A DNA stretch of 64,000 nucleotides from an uncultured Bacteroidota bacterium (GCA_963783435.1 CAWANQ010000002.1:329044-393043); one strand, 5' to 3'; shown: positions 1-10,983, counted from the stretch's first letter. Numbers and translations: made by a program. The notes: generated by a model from the sequence alone, not told the origin.

Positions 1-2783
1 TAAGGATTCCCTATGGTGGTCTGATCTTCAGAATTCACCACACCATCCTGGTTGAAATCGACGATTCTTACACCACCAAGCACATCGGAGGATTGTGCCA
101 ATCCTGCTTCCTGGGCATCAATCAGTTCCTGCTTTGATTTCCAGATCCCATCTGTAACATAGCCATAGTACTGGCAGACCGGTTCATTTACACGCAGGAC
201 ATACTGATGCTTGTATCCGGTGAAGAACTGTTCTGTTACATCGCCATAGGAGACCAGGTGATTCTTGTTCCGGGTGAAGTTGATTCCCATGTTCCAGCTG
301 AAATCCTTCCTATCCACAGGGACCGTATTCAGCGCCATCTCCAGGCCCTCATTCCTGATCTCACCGATGTTGTTCCACTGTGATTCGAACCCGGTGATGG
401 TTACCAGTGGATCCTGAAGCAGGAGGGAGGTCGTGAGGTTGCTATAGACATCTATTGAAAGAGTGACCCTGTTCCTTATGATTCCCAGGTCCAATCCCAG
501 GTTGGTTTCATTGGTCTGTTCCCACCCCAGATCAGAATTCCCAAGAACCCGTGGATCGCCAATATCTCTAGGCGAAGGTGCAAAACCACTGAGCACATTG
601 GAGCCAAATTGGTATTGACGGATATTAATAGGTGTCACATAAGAGTATCTATCGATCCGGTTATTTCCTGAGATACCCCAGGTGGCCCTGAGTTTAAGTG
701 TAGAGAGCCATTCCACTGACTGCATAAACCCTTCTTCAGAAATCCTCCATCCTGCCGAGAGGGATGGGAAGTATCCCACCCGTCGATCGGGACCGAATTG
801 TGAACTTCCATCAGCCCTGATCACTGCAGATAAAAGGTATTTTTCCAGGTAATTGTACTGAACCCGGCCAAAGGCTGACAACAAGCCTTCGTCGGAGCGT
901 CCCGACCAGGTACCTTCTGCATTGATCTCACCTGCGCTGTTCATGGACCGTACCAGGTCGCTGGGGAATAGGTTCCCTTCAATTCTCGAGTAGGTATCCA
1001 CATAATTTTCCACAGAGAAGCCGGCCAGGAAATCAAATCGATGATCCCCTAATTCAAGCATATAGCTCAGGGTATTCTCATTCACTAGTGAGTAACGGAC
1101 CGTATTTGTAAGGGATCCACTTCCGTTTCCCGCATCGTTATTCCCTTTGGAAACATTGTAGGATTCCTTGTAACTGTCCCTTTCAGAATACCTTACATAG
1201 GTTCCCAGGGAAGTCCTGAAAGTTAATCCATCGACAATCTTCCAATTCAGATAGGCATTTCCGGTGAACTTAAAAAAAGTGGTCCAGTCATGGTTTGTCA
1301 ATGCCTGTGACAGAGGCGTAATGGCAGCGGTGTTGAATTCGGATTTAATAAAAATGGGGTTCCCACTTTCGTTGAGCAATAGATTACCATCCTGATCGGT
1401 GGCGTACATATTTGAAAAATCGGTGGCCTGTGCATAAGTTCCAGGCGTTTTCCATCCGATAGAGGGGCCCAGTCCTATGGCCCTGGAAAACTCATCGTGA
1501 TAGGTCGGGAGCTCTATTTGTTTGATGGCATTTGCCATGGCTGCATCGCTGTTTCTTCGTTTCTGATATTGTGGTCTGAGATTGAAGCCGATTTTTACCT
1601 TATCGGAGAGTTTCACATCCAGGTTAGAGGTGAAGGATACCGTGGTATATTCATTGTCGATCACCACCCCTTTCATACCCCTGTAGGACCCACCCAGGTA
1701 GTAGTTCACCATGTCGCTACCCCCCGATGCACTTAATGAAATGGTATTGGTCATCCCATTTTGGGTAATCCCTTCCTGCCAGCTGGTGGCTCCCGAAATA
1801 TTTGAAAGGATACCGTGCTGGTAATAAAAGCTGCCATCCCCTGTGGGGTTATACCATTCGTCCCAGGTCGGATAAGGATCGCCTTTGGGATTCAGAACTG
1901 GATTCCCATCTGAATCGATGGGGTTATCCGGGACTTGCTCCCCATTACTTAGAAAGGGGGTTTCCCACTTTTGCCGTTCCTGGTTGAAATAGTAGTTGGC
2001 CAGCCCAGGGCCGTCATAGGCATCAAAATAGCTGTAGACCTGCGAGAAGCCAGTGGCTACCTTTACATCAAAACGGGTTTGATTCTTTACCCCCTTTTTT
2101 GTAGTAACCATTATTACTCCATTCGCTCCCCTTGAGCCATAGATTGCTGTTGAAGCGGCATCTTTCAATACCTCCAGCGATTCCACATCCGATACATCCA
2201 CGTCACTGAGGTCTCCATCTACCATGGGGAATCCATCCACCACGATTAGTGGTTTATTGGATGCGCTGAAGGAGGCCGATCCCCTTATTTTTATATCGGG
2301 CGCCTCACCCACCTCACCGGATCTGTCCCTGATCTGAACACCTGCCAGTTTTCCCTGCAAAGCGTTTTCCAGCCTGGCCACCGGCAATTGATCAAGTTTC
2401 TCCTTTTCAGCTGTGATGCCCGCTACCGCGCCTGTAAAATGTGATTTTTTCTGCGACCCATAACCGATGACCACCAGCTCTTCCAAACCGGTGGATTCTT
2501 CTTTAAGTATGACATTGATCTCAGTCCGGTCACCCACCTGAATCTCTTGCTTTTCATATCCAATGTAACTGAAGGTGAGTACATCATTTTCGGAAGCTTC
2601 TATGGTATAGTTCCCATCTGCATCCGTAATAACCCCTCTTGAGCTGCCTTGAATTACAATATTGACGCCAAGTAAGGGAATCCCAGCCGGATCACTAACC
2701 GATCCCTTAAGCTGTCGGATCTGGGCATTTAGCAAAAAACCAATCCAGAGAAGGCTACAGATAAATATTACTTTCTTAGTCAT
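1..2783 (-). CDS. SusC/RagA-type TonB-dependent outer-membrane receptor (C-terminal part lies beyond window start)
   Basis: The reverse frame is open from the ATG at 2781-2783 to position 1, so it has no in-window stop and is absent from the ORF track. My translation begins MTKKVIFICSLLWIGFLLNAQ. It continues with a carboxypeptidase-regulatory-like segment (GSVSDPAGIPLLGVNIVIQGSSRGVITDADGNYTI) and plug-region strings (LEELVVIGYGSQKK, DVESLEVLKDAASTAIYGSRGANGVIMVTTKKG). Confidence 0.9.
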   Translation of the reverse strand, partial: MTKKVIFICSLLWIGFLLNAQIRQLKGSVSDPAGIPLLGVNIVIQGSSRGVITDADGNYTIEASENDVLTFSYIGYEKQEIQVGDRTEINVILKEESTGLEELVVIGYGSQKKSHFTGAVAGITAEKEKLDQLPVARLENALQGKLAGVQIRDRSGEVGEAPDIKIRGSASFSASNKPLIVVDGFPMVDGDLSDVDVSDVESLEVLKDAASTAIYGSRGANGVIMVTTKKGVKNQTRFDVKVATGFSQVYSYFDAYDGPGLANYYFNQERQKWETPFLSNGEQVPDNPIDSDGNPVLNPKGDPYPTWDEWYNPTGDGSFYYQHGILSNISGATSWQEGITQNGMTNTISLSASGGSDMVNYYLGGSYRGMKGVVIDNEYTTVSFTSNLDVKLSDKVKIGFNLRPQYQKRRNSDAAMANAIKQIELPTYHDEFSRAIGLGPSIGWKTPGTYAQATDFSNMYATDQDGNLLLNESGNPIFIKSEFNTAAITPLSQALTNHDWTTFFKFTGNAYLNWKIVDGLTFRTSLGTYVRYSERDSYKESYNVSKGNNDAGNGSGSLTNTVRYSLVNENTLSYMLELGDHRFDFLAGFSVENYVDTYSRIEGNLFPSDLVRSMNSAGEINAEGTWSGRSDEGLLSAFGRVQYNYLEKYLLSAVIRADGSSQFGPDRRVGYFPSLSAGWRISEEGFMQSVEWLSTLKLRATWGISGNNRIDRYSYVTPINIRQYQFGSNVLSGFAPSPRDIGDPRVLGNSDLGWEQTNETNLGLDLGIIRNRVTLSIDVYSNLTTSLLLQDPLVTITGFESQWNNIGEIRNEGLEMALNTVPVDRKDFSWNMGINFTRNKNHLVSYGDVTEQFFTGYKHQYVLRVNEPVCQYYGYVTDGIWKSKQELIDAQEAGLAQSSDVLGGVRIVDFNQDGVVNSEDQTTIGNP

Positions 2784-2793
2784 GCTAAACTAG

Positions 2794-4320
2794 TTAAATG
2801 GTTTCCTTCTTTTGCTTGAACTGATGATCGTGATCTGTGGCCTGCTTTCGAAGCGCACATTTCTTTTCCATCTCTGCGATGACCTCTATATACTCCGGGT
2901 TCTCAATCACATTGACCGTCTCTTGCGGATCGAGCTTGTGATCGTACAAATCTCGGGCAAGTACCTCACCGGTGCTGAGTTTAACCCACTCTATGTAGTT
3001 GTACCTGGCCGATTTTACAGCGTAGCCCATAATGGTCTTGTCATACTCCCAGCGATCATGGGGCCATACGCTGTAGACATCCTGATCCCATTCTAATTCA
3101 GGATCCTCCAATACGGGAACCAGGCTTTTTCCCTGCAAGTGATCTGGTTTCTCCAGTCCACACAGGTCGGCCAAGGTGGGATAAATGTCCAGCAATTCGC
3201 TTAGTGCATCCGTACTTACATTCTTCTTACCTCCAGGGACACTGATGATTAAAGGGACCCGGGTATCGATGTCCATATTAGACCACTTACACCAGTACCC
3301 ATAATCGCCAAGCTTATACCCATGATCGCCCCAGAGAACAACAATGGTATTCTCTGCCAGCTCCAAAGTTTCAAGTTCGTCAAGTATTTTTCCAATAAGG
3401 GCGTCCACATAAGAAACACAGGCATAATAACCCCTTCGAAGTATCAGGGTGGTGTCCGGGCCAACGGGCTCGGTGCTTTTGGGCATTCCATAATAATTTC
3501 GCAACTCCCCCCACGATCGAAGGGTATAGCGGTTAGAATTTTTGGGTGGCTCCAGAATTTCGGGCTGCTGAATAGATTCAGGTGGGTAGAGGTCCCAATA
3601 CTTTTTAGGGGCATTGAAGGGAAGGTGGGGTTTATGAAAACCCATGGCCATGAAGAAAGGTTTGCCATCCTGTTTATACATTTTTAGTTTGCGCAGGGCA
3701 AATTCTGTATTGTAGCCATCGATATAGGCGCTATCAGGCACATCGGCCCACTCATAGGCAGGTCCGCGATCACCATGATTTCTTCCCTTCACCGGATGTG
3801 CCTCATTGTAGTGCATCTGCTCAATGGCCTCATCGGTATAATAGCCCCGGCCAACCCATTTATCCGTAGGGTCCATAAATTCTTCCCCAAATTGCTCCTT
3901 CTGATCGCTTTTATAATGGTATATCTTTCCAAAGGCAGATACTTCGTACCCATTGGCTGCAAATAACTTGTTCAGGGTCGTTACTCCAGGCACAAGGTTT
4001 TGAACAGATTCGCCTGTGTAGATCCCAAATTGCTCAGGCCGGTAGCCTGTCATTAGCGAAGCCCGCGAGGCCATGCAAATGGACTGCTGAACAAAAGCAC
4101 TGTTAAATCGGACCCCACTGCTGGCCAGCCTGTCGATATTGGGAGAGTGGATGTGTTCCGATCCATAGCAATTCAATTCGGTTCGCATGTCATCCACAGC
4201 GATAAACAATACATTATAGGGTACTTGCTGGCTGGCTTCACTGCTACATGAGCTTATGCTGCCCAGGGCCAAAAGAAGGGCCAGAAGAAGGGTAATAGGG
4301 GAAGTTTTTTGTTTGGTCAT
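2794..4320 (-). CDS. S1-family sulfatase (iduronate-2-sulfatase-like), lipoprotein signal
   Basis: 508-aa ORF with a lipobox-like LGSISSCSS. The sulfatase N-terminus reads NVLFIAVDDMR...SICMASRASLMTG (formylglycine motif C-M-A-S-R at 4063-4077), followed later by LWGDHGY. Confidence 0.9.
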   Translation of the reverse strand: MTKQKTSPITLLLALLLALGSISSCSSEASQQVPYNVLFIAVDDMRTELNCYGSEHIHSPNIDRLASSGVRFNSAFVQQSICMASRASLMTGYRPEQFGIYTGESVQNLVPGVTTLNKLFAANGYEVSAFGKIYHYKSDQKEQFGEEFMDPTDKWVGRGYYTDEAIEQMHYNEAHPVKGRNHGDRGPAYEWADVPDSAYIDGYNTEFALRKLKMYKQDGKPFFMAMGFHKPHLPFNAPKKYWDLYPPESIQQPEILEPPKNSNRYTLRSWGELRNYYGMPKSTEPVGPDTTLILRRGYYACVSYVDALIGKILDELETLELAENTIVVLWGDHGYKLGDYGYWCKWSNMDIDTRVPLIISVPGGKKNVSTDALSELLDIYPTLADLCGLEKPDHLQGKSLVPVLEDPELEWDQDVYSVWPHDRWEYDKTIMGYAVKSARYNYIEWVKLSTGEVLARDLYDHKLDPQETVNVIENPEYIEVIAEMEKKCALRKQATDHDHQFKQKKETI

Positions 4321-4324
4321 ATAC

Positions 4325-5533
4325 CTAAAGTTTGGTAATAATTAATCGATCGGTTGGTTTCACTTTATTCTCCAACCTCTGCAAGTAGGCATCATATATC
4401 GGATCATTGAATTTTCGAGAACATTCAGAGGCCAGTGGAATTAAACTCGACCATTCTACTTCGGTGATTTGCTGATAGGGCCAGTCCTCAAAATGATCCA
4501 TGTAGGAAAAGATAAAATCGCAGGCCTTCTTCAGACTTCCTTCATCCTGGGACTGATATTCCCACAGGTTTATCCCGTACTTCTCCCCCATTTTAGCCAG
4601 TAGCGCATATGCATGCAGATTCATAACAGAATAGCGATATGCCCGGGTTCGAGCCAGTTCCAGCTCCTGTCGTCCCTGGGAATCAATCTGCCGGTCAATT
4701 CTACTAAATGCGGATCTGCTAATTACCTCCCTGGCAAGATCTGTATCTCCTATAAAATCTGCATAGCAGGCCAGCTGAACATCGTACCAGGTTCCATGGT
4801 TGTTTTCGTGTGCCTGCTCATCCTTTCCATGCCCACTCTGCTGCAGCCATTCCGCATAAGAAGAAAACCATTGCCTCAACTTCTTGGTCTTTCTTTGATT
4901 CCAGAATTGTCCCCTCTCCAACAGTTTAACTGCATCGATGATTTTGATATAATTGCGTGTATCGATAATCCCCACTCCCCTTCCATCCACTTTTCCGGGG
5001 ATCGATTGGCCAAATTCCAGGTTTGGATTCATGCTTGTTTCCGCTTGAAGAAACCAGACATCTAACATCTCGACAGCTTTCCTGGAGTACTCCTGATTGT
5101 TGCTATGGAACCAGGCCAGTGTCAGCGTAGTCACATCATTTACCATATTCGAAGAAGACCTGTCATCGAAACGCCTTGTGTTGCCTTCCGGGTTCCGGTA
5201 TCCATCTTTCCTGATATAGGGCAAGCCGTCGGGCTGTTCTGGGTCTGGCCACCAATAAGTAGCCAGGCTCATATAATCTTTCTTATCTCCGCTAGGGGGA
5301 AGGCTTTCCTTATGAATTACCGAATAACAAGGTCGGTTCAGTGCAATGTCCGCTTCCTTAAGTAACCTCTGGTAAGCGGCCAGGTATTCGGGCGATTTCT
5401 CATAAATTCCCTTCCTTATGGCCACCAGATGATCATAATCGAGGGTAAGAAGTTCCACAGATGGACCGCCAAGTTTCTTGCATCCCACAAAGCCCAGGAG
5501 AAGAAGCAGAATAGTTATGATTTTTAATTTCAT
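4325..5533 (-). CDS. Polysaccharide lyase of the alginate-lyase (PL5-like) fold
   Basis: 402-aa ORF with a signal/lipobox (LLLLGFVGCKK). It carries YWWPDP...GLPYIRKDG and ENNHGTWYD, matching the NNH(S/G)xW catalytic region of alginate-lyase-domain enzymes. Confidence 0.7.
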   Translation of the reverse strand: MKLKIITILLLLLGFVGCKKLGGPSVELLTLDYDHLVAIRKGIYEKSPEYLAAYQRLLKEADIALNRPCYSVIHKESLPPSGDKKDYMSLATYWWPDPEQPDGLPYIRKDGYRNPEGNTRRFDDRSSSNMVNDVTTLTLAWFHSNNQEYSRKAVEMLDVWFLQAETSMNPNLEFGQSIPGKVDGRGVGIIDTRNYIKIIDAVKLLERGQFWNQRKTKKLRQWFSSYAEWLQQSGHGKDEQAHENNHGTWYDVQLACYADFIGDTDLAREVISRSAFSRIDRQIDSQGRQELELARTRAYRYSVMNLHAYALLAKMGEKYGINLWEYQSQDEGSLKKACDFIFSYMDHFEDWPYQQITEVEWSSLIPLASECSRKFNDPIYDAYLQRLENKVKPTDRLIITKL

Positions 5534-5708
5534 CTATTTCGTCAGGTCGATGGTATAAAAATAGGATTTGACCCCCTTCACAACTATAAGCACTGTTACA
5601 TATGCTTTCAATTATGTGCCCCTTTTGAACTATTGTTCCACGAATGAAACGTTTGTGGCAAAAGCAAAATTATCAAGTAGGAATTCTATGAATTTTCGAT
5701 GCTTACAC

Positions 5709-5716
5709 TATATTTG
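5709..5716 (+). promoter_or_regulatory. Candidate Bacteroidota -7 box (TATATTTG = TAnnTTTG) 6 nt before the HTCS ATG
   Basis: Exact TAnnTTTG match. Its closeness to the ATG at 5722 would imply a very short or absent leader. Confidence 0.35.
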
Positions 5717-5721
5717 AATTT

Positions 5722-8700
5722 ATGCGATCTACCTGGGTTCTTATATGCATTGTCTTTAGTCTATGGACGTATTCTGTATCCGGTCAGTCTTCAGGGCTTG
5801 AAGATGTATTCTTTCGCACCATCTCTCCCAGAGGCGGCTTTACGGATAAAGGCTTGGAAGAAATTACCCAGGACCACCTGGGTTTTATCTGGATTGGTAC
5901 CCGCGACGGGCTCTATCGCTACGATGGATACGAATTCAAGAAATATGTACATTCCGACAGGGACTCCCTATCCCTTTCAAACGATGGGGTCAGAGATTTG
6001 CTTATCGATCCCAAAAACCGACTGTGGATTGCGACAGAGGGAGGACTAAATCTTTACGACCGTGCCAATGATGAATTCCGTAGCGTGCAGCTACAAGGAA
6101 GTGCTCCTCTTGGACTCATAACCGATCTGGAGTCGGATAGCCTTGGAATACTCTATATAGGGTATGCAAATGGAATCCTCAAATACAGACACGATGAAAG
6201 CCTTACTGAGCAAATCGCTCTTCCTTATGAGGATATCCGTAAAATTCAGCTGAAAGGGGATGGAAACCTACTTGTGGCATTTGTTGAAAACGGTATTTTT
6301 CAGGTTGGGCCCTCAGGCAAGGTTAGGCAAATCATCCCACCCCTGGAAAGCTCACTCCGTGCCTTTCTTCTTTCAGATAACAAACTATACCTGGGTTCCG
6401 AAACCGAAGGAATACATATTCACGATCTGGATGGATTGCCAATCTCAGAACTTAATGCTGAAAAAGGAGATATTAGCCACAACAAGGTCAATAAAATCTT
6501 TCGCGATTCACATGGAAACATTTGGATAGGGACCTACCTGGGCCTCGATATTCTGGACACCAGAGGGTTCATACACCACTATACCCATGATATCCTGGAC
6601 CCATACTCCCTTCCTTACAGTTCAGTTTATGAGGTTTATGAAGATCCGGAAAGCAACTACTGGATCGGAACCTGGTCGGGAGGGCTGGCCTATTACAACC
6701 AGTATGACAATAAATTTCAATCTTATCGGCAGAATCCAGGTATAAATTCAATTTCCAATAACTATGTGAGCTGTTTTACAATGGATCTGCGTGGCGACCT
6801 GTGGATTGGTACGGAACGGGGGGGACTTAACCAGCAGCAAGCATCAAACCAGCTCTTTCGTCAGGCTCCCCTGAGGAATGGAAATTCTGAATCCCTCAAC
6901 ATAAAATCGCTACTTGCGAGCCAGGACGGTAAAATTTTCATAGGAACCTATAAGGGAGGGTTTTACTATCTGGATCAGAACAGGAATCCACATCCCATCG
7001 AACTAAATGAAGTGGAGCCTGGCAATGAGAAAGTCTACGCCATGCTGGAATCAGATTCGGGCATCTGGATAGGGGATTTTGTCTACGGCCTGTTCCACCT
7101 CTCGAAAGACGATTTTTCTAAACAAATTCACTTTACAGGGGGTGAAAATGAGGAGAACCTAAGCTCTTCTAAGATCACTTCACTTTTTTTGGATGATGGC
7201 GACCTCTGGGTAGGAACAAGTAATGGTTTGAACCTACTGCCAAAAGGAGGTGCCGGATTTGTGAGGTTTATGAGTGATAAAAATAATCCGATATCCATCA
7301 GCAGCAATGTGATCACGATGATCTCCAAAGATCAGAACGGAGATATCTGGATCGGTACTCGAAAGGGGGGGCTCAATAAATACCAGAAAAATGATGGGAC
7401 ATTCATCCAATATACCATGGAAGACGGACTGCCGGGGAATGATGCAAATGGAATTCTATGTGATGCATATGGCTATCTCTGGGTAAGTACCGAAAACGGA
7501 ATCTCCAGGTTCGATCCAGATGACGGAAATGTATTAAATTATAATGTGTCGGATGGTCTGCAGGGCAACCAGTTCAACCAGGCCTCAGCTTACATCAGCC
7601 CGGATGGACAAATCTTCTTTGGTGGGACCAATGGCTATACCATTATCCATCCATCCCGAATAAAAAACAACCCGGTAGAACCTATTCCGATTATTACCAA
7701 ATTGACTATCAATAATCAAGAATTACTTGCATCAGAAAGCAACTCACCTCTTAAAACATCCATCAGTGAAACATCCCAGATAAAACTGGCTCAGGACCAG
7801 TCATCAATCTCACTAATGTTCAGCACCAACAACTATCTGAATCCTTCAAAAAACAGTTATGCATACCGGATGGTGGGTCTGAATGATGTCTGGCAATATA
7901 GCTACGTTAACCAGGTGAATTATTCTAATTTGAAATCCGGATCTTACCGGTTTGAACTGCGGGCCGCCAACAACGATGGGGTATGGTGCAAGAATTCCAT
8001 CATTCTGGAGATCGTTGTTCAACCGCCCTGGTGGGGACATCCCCTTAGTATTGCTTTATACGTCCTGGTGGGGTTGGTGACCATGTTCCTGATCAGAAAT
8101 ATGATCCTCTACCGGGAGAGAATGAACTCGGCCGTCAATCTTGAGACTGTTAAACGGGAAAATGAAGAAAACATACACACACTGAAACTTCAGTTTTTTA
8201 CCAACATCTCCCATGAGTTTAAAACCCCTTTGACCCTGATTCTTTCTCCGATCCAACGCCTGGTTCAGGATCGCAAGCTTGATCCTGACGTGAAGGAGGA
8301 CCTCCTGCTCGCACAGAAAAATGCGGTCAGGTTAAAGAGGCTGGTCAATCAATTTATCGAGTTCAGGAAAATTGACCAGGTAAAGCTGAACCTTCATGTA
8401 ACAAAAATCGAATTGGTCACGCTTTGCGAAGAGATATTTTCCTGCTTCAGCGAACTGGCTGAAAAAAGAAAAATTGATTATTCATTCAATCAGCAAATCG
8501 AACCAGTGGAGGTATGGGTGGATGCAGAAAAAATTGAAAATGCCATTTTTAATGTGCTTTCCAACGCCTTTAAGTATACCAGGGATGGTGGACAAATACA
8601 GTTAAGTCTGAGGAAAGGACCCATTCAGATTCCTCAAACCTGGGAGAGCTTCCAAATAGGTCAGACCATTAATCAGGACGGCCTCTTCTGTGAAATATCA

Positions 8701-9798
8701 GATACAGGAATGGGAATTCATCAAGAGGAACTGGAAAGAATTTTTGACCGCTTCTATCGCTCCGAAAATACCAACATTCATTCGGGCAGCGGCATTGGCC
8801 TCTCGCTGGCCAAAGAATACACCCTCTTGCATCATGGATCCATTATGACTGCCAGCAAACCTGAGGAAGGCAGCATGTTCGTGTTTGGCCTGCAACTGGG
8901 CAGAAAGCACTTTGCCAATCAGGACCATGTGGAATTTCATGACCAGCAGCGTCTGCCCTTCGAAAAAAGAAGCAGCGATCTGCCCGAGGAGCTTGCAAGC
9001 ATTTCGACCTCTGTTCCAGATAATAACGTTGAAAAAGACCTTCTTTTACTGATTGAGGATAATCAAGAGTTGAACCAATACCTGACCAAGGTCCTCTCCG
9101 ACCAATATAAAGTGGTTAACTCTCTCAATGGGGATGAGGGCCTTGCCCTGGCCTCAAGATTACTACCTGAGCTGATTCTCAGTGATATTATGCTCCCTGG
9201 TGTGGATGGCTTGCAGATTTGTCAGAGTGTAAAAAAAGATCCCCTTACCAGCCATATTCCAGTGGTTCTTTTCACTGCCCTTTCGGATGACAAACAGAGG
9301 ATTGAGGGGATTGATATGGGGGCAGATGCCTACCTGACCAAACCGGTGGATATTCAATTGCTTTGTTCAACCATCCACAACCTCATTGAAGCTCGTAAAA
9401 AACTGCGGCTGGCATACGGAGGAATGGAGGCAGCTTCGACTCGAGAAGAAGGGCTGTCCGCTTTTGATGCCATGCTCATCAAACGGGCTAAAAAATATAT
9501 TGAGGCCAATATTACCAATCCCGATATCTCCACCACCACACTGGCCTCTGAACTGAACATGAGTCGCACCAACCTTCACCGAAAACTCAAATCACTCACA
9601 GGCAAGTCCAGCACCGAGTTCATCCGTAACCTGCGGATAAACAAAGCCATGGAGCTTATGGAAAACGAGGGCACATCTATCTCCGAAGTATGCTATGCAG
9701 TGGGATTCACCTCCACTTCATACTTCAGTAAGTGTTTTAAGGAAATCTATGGAGTCAAACCCAGCGCTTACAAACGTAATCTGGGTATATCCCTTTAA
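5722..9798 (+). CDS. Hybrid two-component system regulator (periplasmic propeller sensor + HisKA/HATPase + receiver + AraC HTH)
   Basis: 1358-aa ORF with these parts in order: signal peptide; many regulator-propeller repeats (WIGT..GL..YD); a TM helix (LSIALYVLVGLVTMFLI); an H-box (FFTNISHEFKTPLT); an ATPase region (DTGMGI...GSGIGLSLAKE); a receiver (LLLIEDNQEL...SDIMLPGVDG); and an AraC-type C-terminus (SEVCYAVGFTSTSYFSKCFKEIYGVKPSAY). Confidence 0.92.
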   Translation: MRSTWVLICIVFSLWTYSVSGQSSGLEDVFFRTISPRGGFTDKGLEEITQDHLGFIWIGTRDGLYRYDGYEFKKYVHSDRDSLSLSNDGVRDLLIDPKNRLWIATEGGLNLYDRANDEFRSVQLQGSAPLGLITDLESDSLGILYIGYANGILKYRHDESLTEQIALPYEDIRKIQLKGDGNLLVAFVENGIFQVGPSGKVRQIIPPLESSLRAFLLSDNKLYLGSETEGIHIHDLDGLPISELNAEKGDISHNKVNKIFRDSHGNIWIGTYLGLDILDTRGFIHHYTHDILDPYSLPYSSVYEVYEDPESNYWIGTWSGGLAYYNQYDNKFQSYRQNPGINSISNNYVSCFTMDLRGDLWIGTERGGLNQQQASNQLFRQAPLRNGNSESLNIKSLLASQDGKIFIGTYKGGFYYLDQNRNPHPIELNEVEPGNEKVYAMLESDSGIWIGDFVYGLFHLSKDDFSKQIHFTGGENEENLSSSKITSLFLDDGDLWVGTSNGLNLLPKGGAGFVRFMSDKNNPISISSNVITMISKDQNGDIWIGTRKGGLNKYQKNDGTFIQYTMEDGLPGNDANGILCDAYGYLWVSTENGISRFDPDDGNVLNYNVSDGLQGNQFNQASAYISPDGQIFFGGTNGYTIIHPSRIKNNPVEPIPIITKLTINNQELLASESNSPLKTSISETSQIKLAQDQSSISLMFSTNNYLNPSKNSYAYRMVGLNDVWQYSYVNQVNYSNLKSGSYRFELRAANNDGVWCKNSIILEIVVQPPWWGHPLSIALYVLVGLVTMFLIRNMILYRERMNSAVNLETVKRENEENIHTLKLQFFTNISHEFKTPLTLILSPIQRLVQDRKLDPDVKEDLLLAQKNAVRLKRLVNQFIEFRKIDQVKLNLHVTKIELVTLCEEIFSCFSELAEKRKIDYSFNQQIEPVEVWVDAEKIENAIFNVLSNAFKYTRDGGQIQLSLRKGPIQIPQTWESFQIGQTINQDGLFCEISDTGMGIHQEELERIFDRFYRSENTNIHSGSGIGLSLAKEYTLLHHGSIMTASKPEEGSMFVFGLQLGRKHFANQDHVEFHDQQRLPFEKRSSDLPEELASISTSVPDNNVEKDLLLLIEDNQELNQYLTKVLSDQYKVVNSLNGDEGLALASRLLPELILSDIMLPGVDGLQICQSVKKDPLTSHIPVVLFTALSDDKQRIEGIDMGADAYLTKPVDIQLLCSTIHNLIEARKKLRLAYGGMEAASTREEGLSAFDAMLIKRAKKYIEANITNPDISTTTLASELNMSRTNLHRKLKSLTGKSSTEFIRNLRINKAMELMENEGTSISEVCYAVGFTSTSYFSKCFKEIYGVKPSAYKRNLGISL

Positions 9799-9838
9799 AT
9801 CTGAGGAATGGCTTCTGCATTAAGAAAGAACCACCATT

Positions 9839-10555
9839 TTATAACATAGTGTTTACCAGCGGGAATGAAATGGGACGTGAATACATTTCCGGGCTCTCGG
9901 TAATGATCCTGATGTTCTTGAGTTGAAGCAAGCCGGGCTCCATATCAGGGGAAATCTTATGTATTTGAAAGCCTATGATCCCCTTGTCTGTTTTACCATC
10001 GATCAGGTAGGTAGTCGGCACCTCATTCACCCATATCTTGAAAGTATCCCTGATGGCCTCAACCCGGTAGTGATTCCAGTCCGATACCCTGTAGGCTTCC
10101 AGGGCTTCCGGAAAGCCATCCAGGGGAGTTAACCATAGCCTTCCCCGCTCCTCATATATACCTCCCGTCCATTTCCGATCGGTTTGGTCTATTTCCATTT
10201 GAAATCCATGGGCCAAACCATTGTTTGTGAGTGGATCACGAAGGCCCCGAATGAGGATGCCCGAATTCAGCTCTCCTGTAAGCTTAACATCCAGTTCAAG
10301 GATAAAATCCGAAAAGAGCTCACTGTTTATAAGGTACACGAAATTGGCAGTGTCCACCTGCTCCACCCTGAGCACTCCCTCCTCGACCCTTGGTTCCGCA
10401 TAGCCGTCAACGATCTCCCAACCCGTGAGATCTTCTCCGTTAAACAGCTCCCTCCACGGTTCCGCGGGAGTGCGATTGCATGATATATGAATTAAAATGA
10501 ATGCCATGCCCATCAGGGCAGCCAAGCGTCGAAAAAATAATCTGTTTGATGCCAT
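9839..10555 (-). CDS. DUF1080 (3-keto-disaccharide hydrolase-like) secreted protein
   Basis: 238-aa ORF with a signal peptide. It shows the pattern typical of DUF1080: FNGEDLTGWEIV...FILELDVKL...NSGILIRG...GFQMEID...TGGIYE. Confidence 0.7.
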   Translation of the reverse strand: MASNRLFFRRLAALMGMAFILIHISCNRTPAEPWRELFNGEDLTGWEIVDGYAEPRVEEGVLRVEQVDTANFVYLINSELFSDFILELDVKLTGELNSGILIRGLRDPLTNNGLAHGFQMEIDQTDRKWTGGIYEERGRLWLTPLDGFPEALEAYRVSDWNHYRVEAIRDTFKIWVNEVPTTYLIDGKTDKGIIGFQIHKISPDMEPGLLQLKNIRIITESPEMYSRPISFPLVNTML

Positions 10556-10648
10556 GGGTTTGACGGTTTTATCAGACCGGAAGATAGCAAAGAAATCCCA
10601 TTTTTTTGACTAACGCTTCACGGAATCCTGGAGCCTGGGGTGGAATTA

Positions 10649-10673
10649 TTGGGGCATGTCCAATTGCGCAGAT
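10649..10673. repeat. 25-bp direct repeat, copy 1 (TTGGGGCATGTCCAATTGCGCAGAT)
   Basis: Exact 25/25 identity with 10984-11008. Both copies are intergenic. Confidence 0.9.
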
Positions 10674-10983
10674 TTGGACGTACCCCAAATCTTGACAGAT
10701 TAGGCGCGGCCTTAAATAGATATGTTTTATCGAGTTATTGACTGTTTTAATGCTTTATTGGATAATAAATATCTATGAAGAGATATTTATTAGGAGAAAA
10801 GGCATCATATACGCTAATAACTGGATATTGTATATCTGTTCTGTGATCTGCCACCTCCAAAAAACCAATGAGTAAGGTATAGGTTTGCGAAAATGGGGCA
10901 GCCCTATTTTATAAAGAATTATCACTTCTAAATCACCGGAACTCAAATCCCAGTTTACAATGCACAGATATCAAAGGGGCTTT

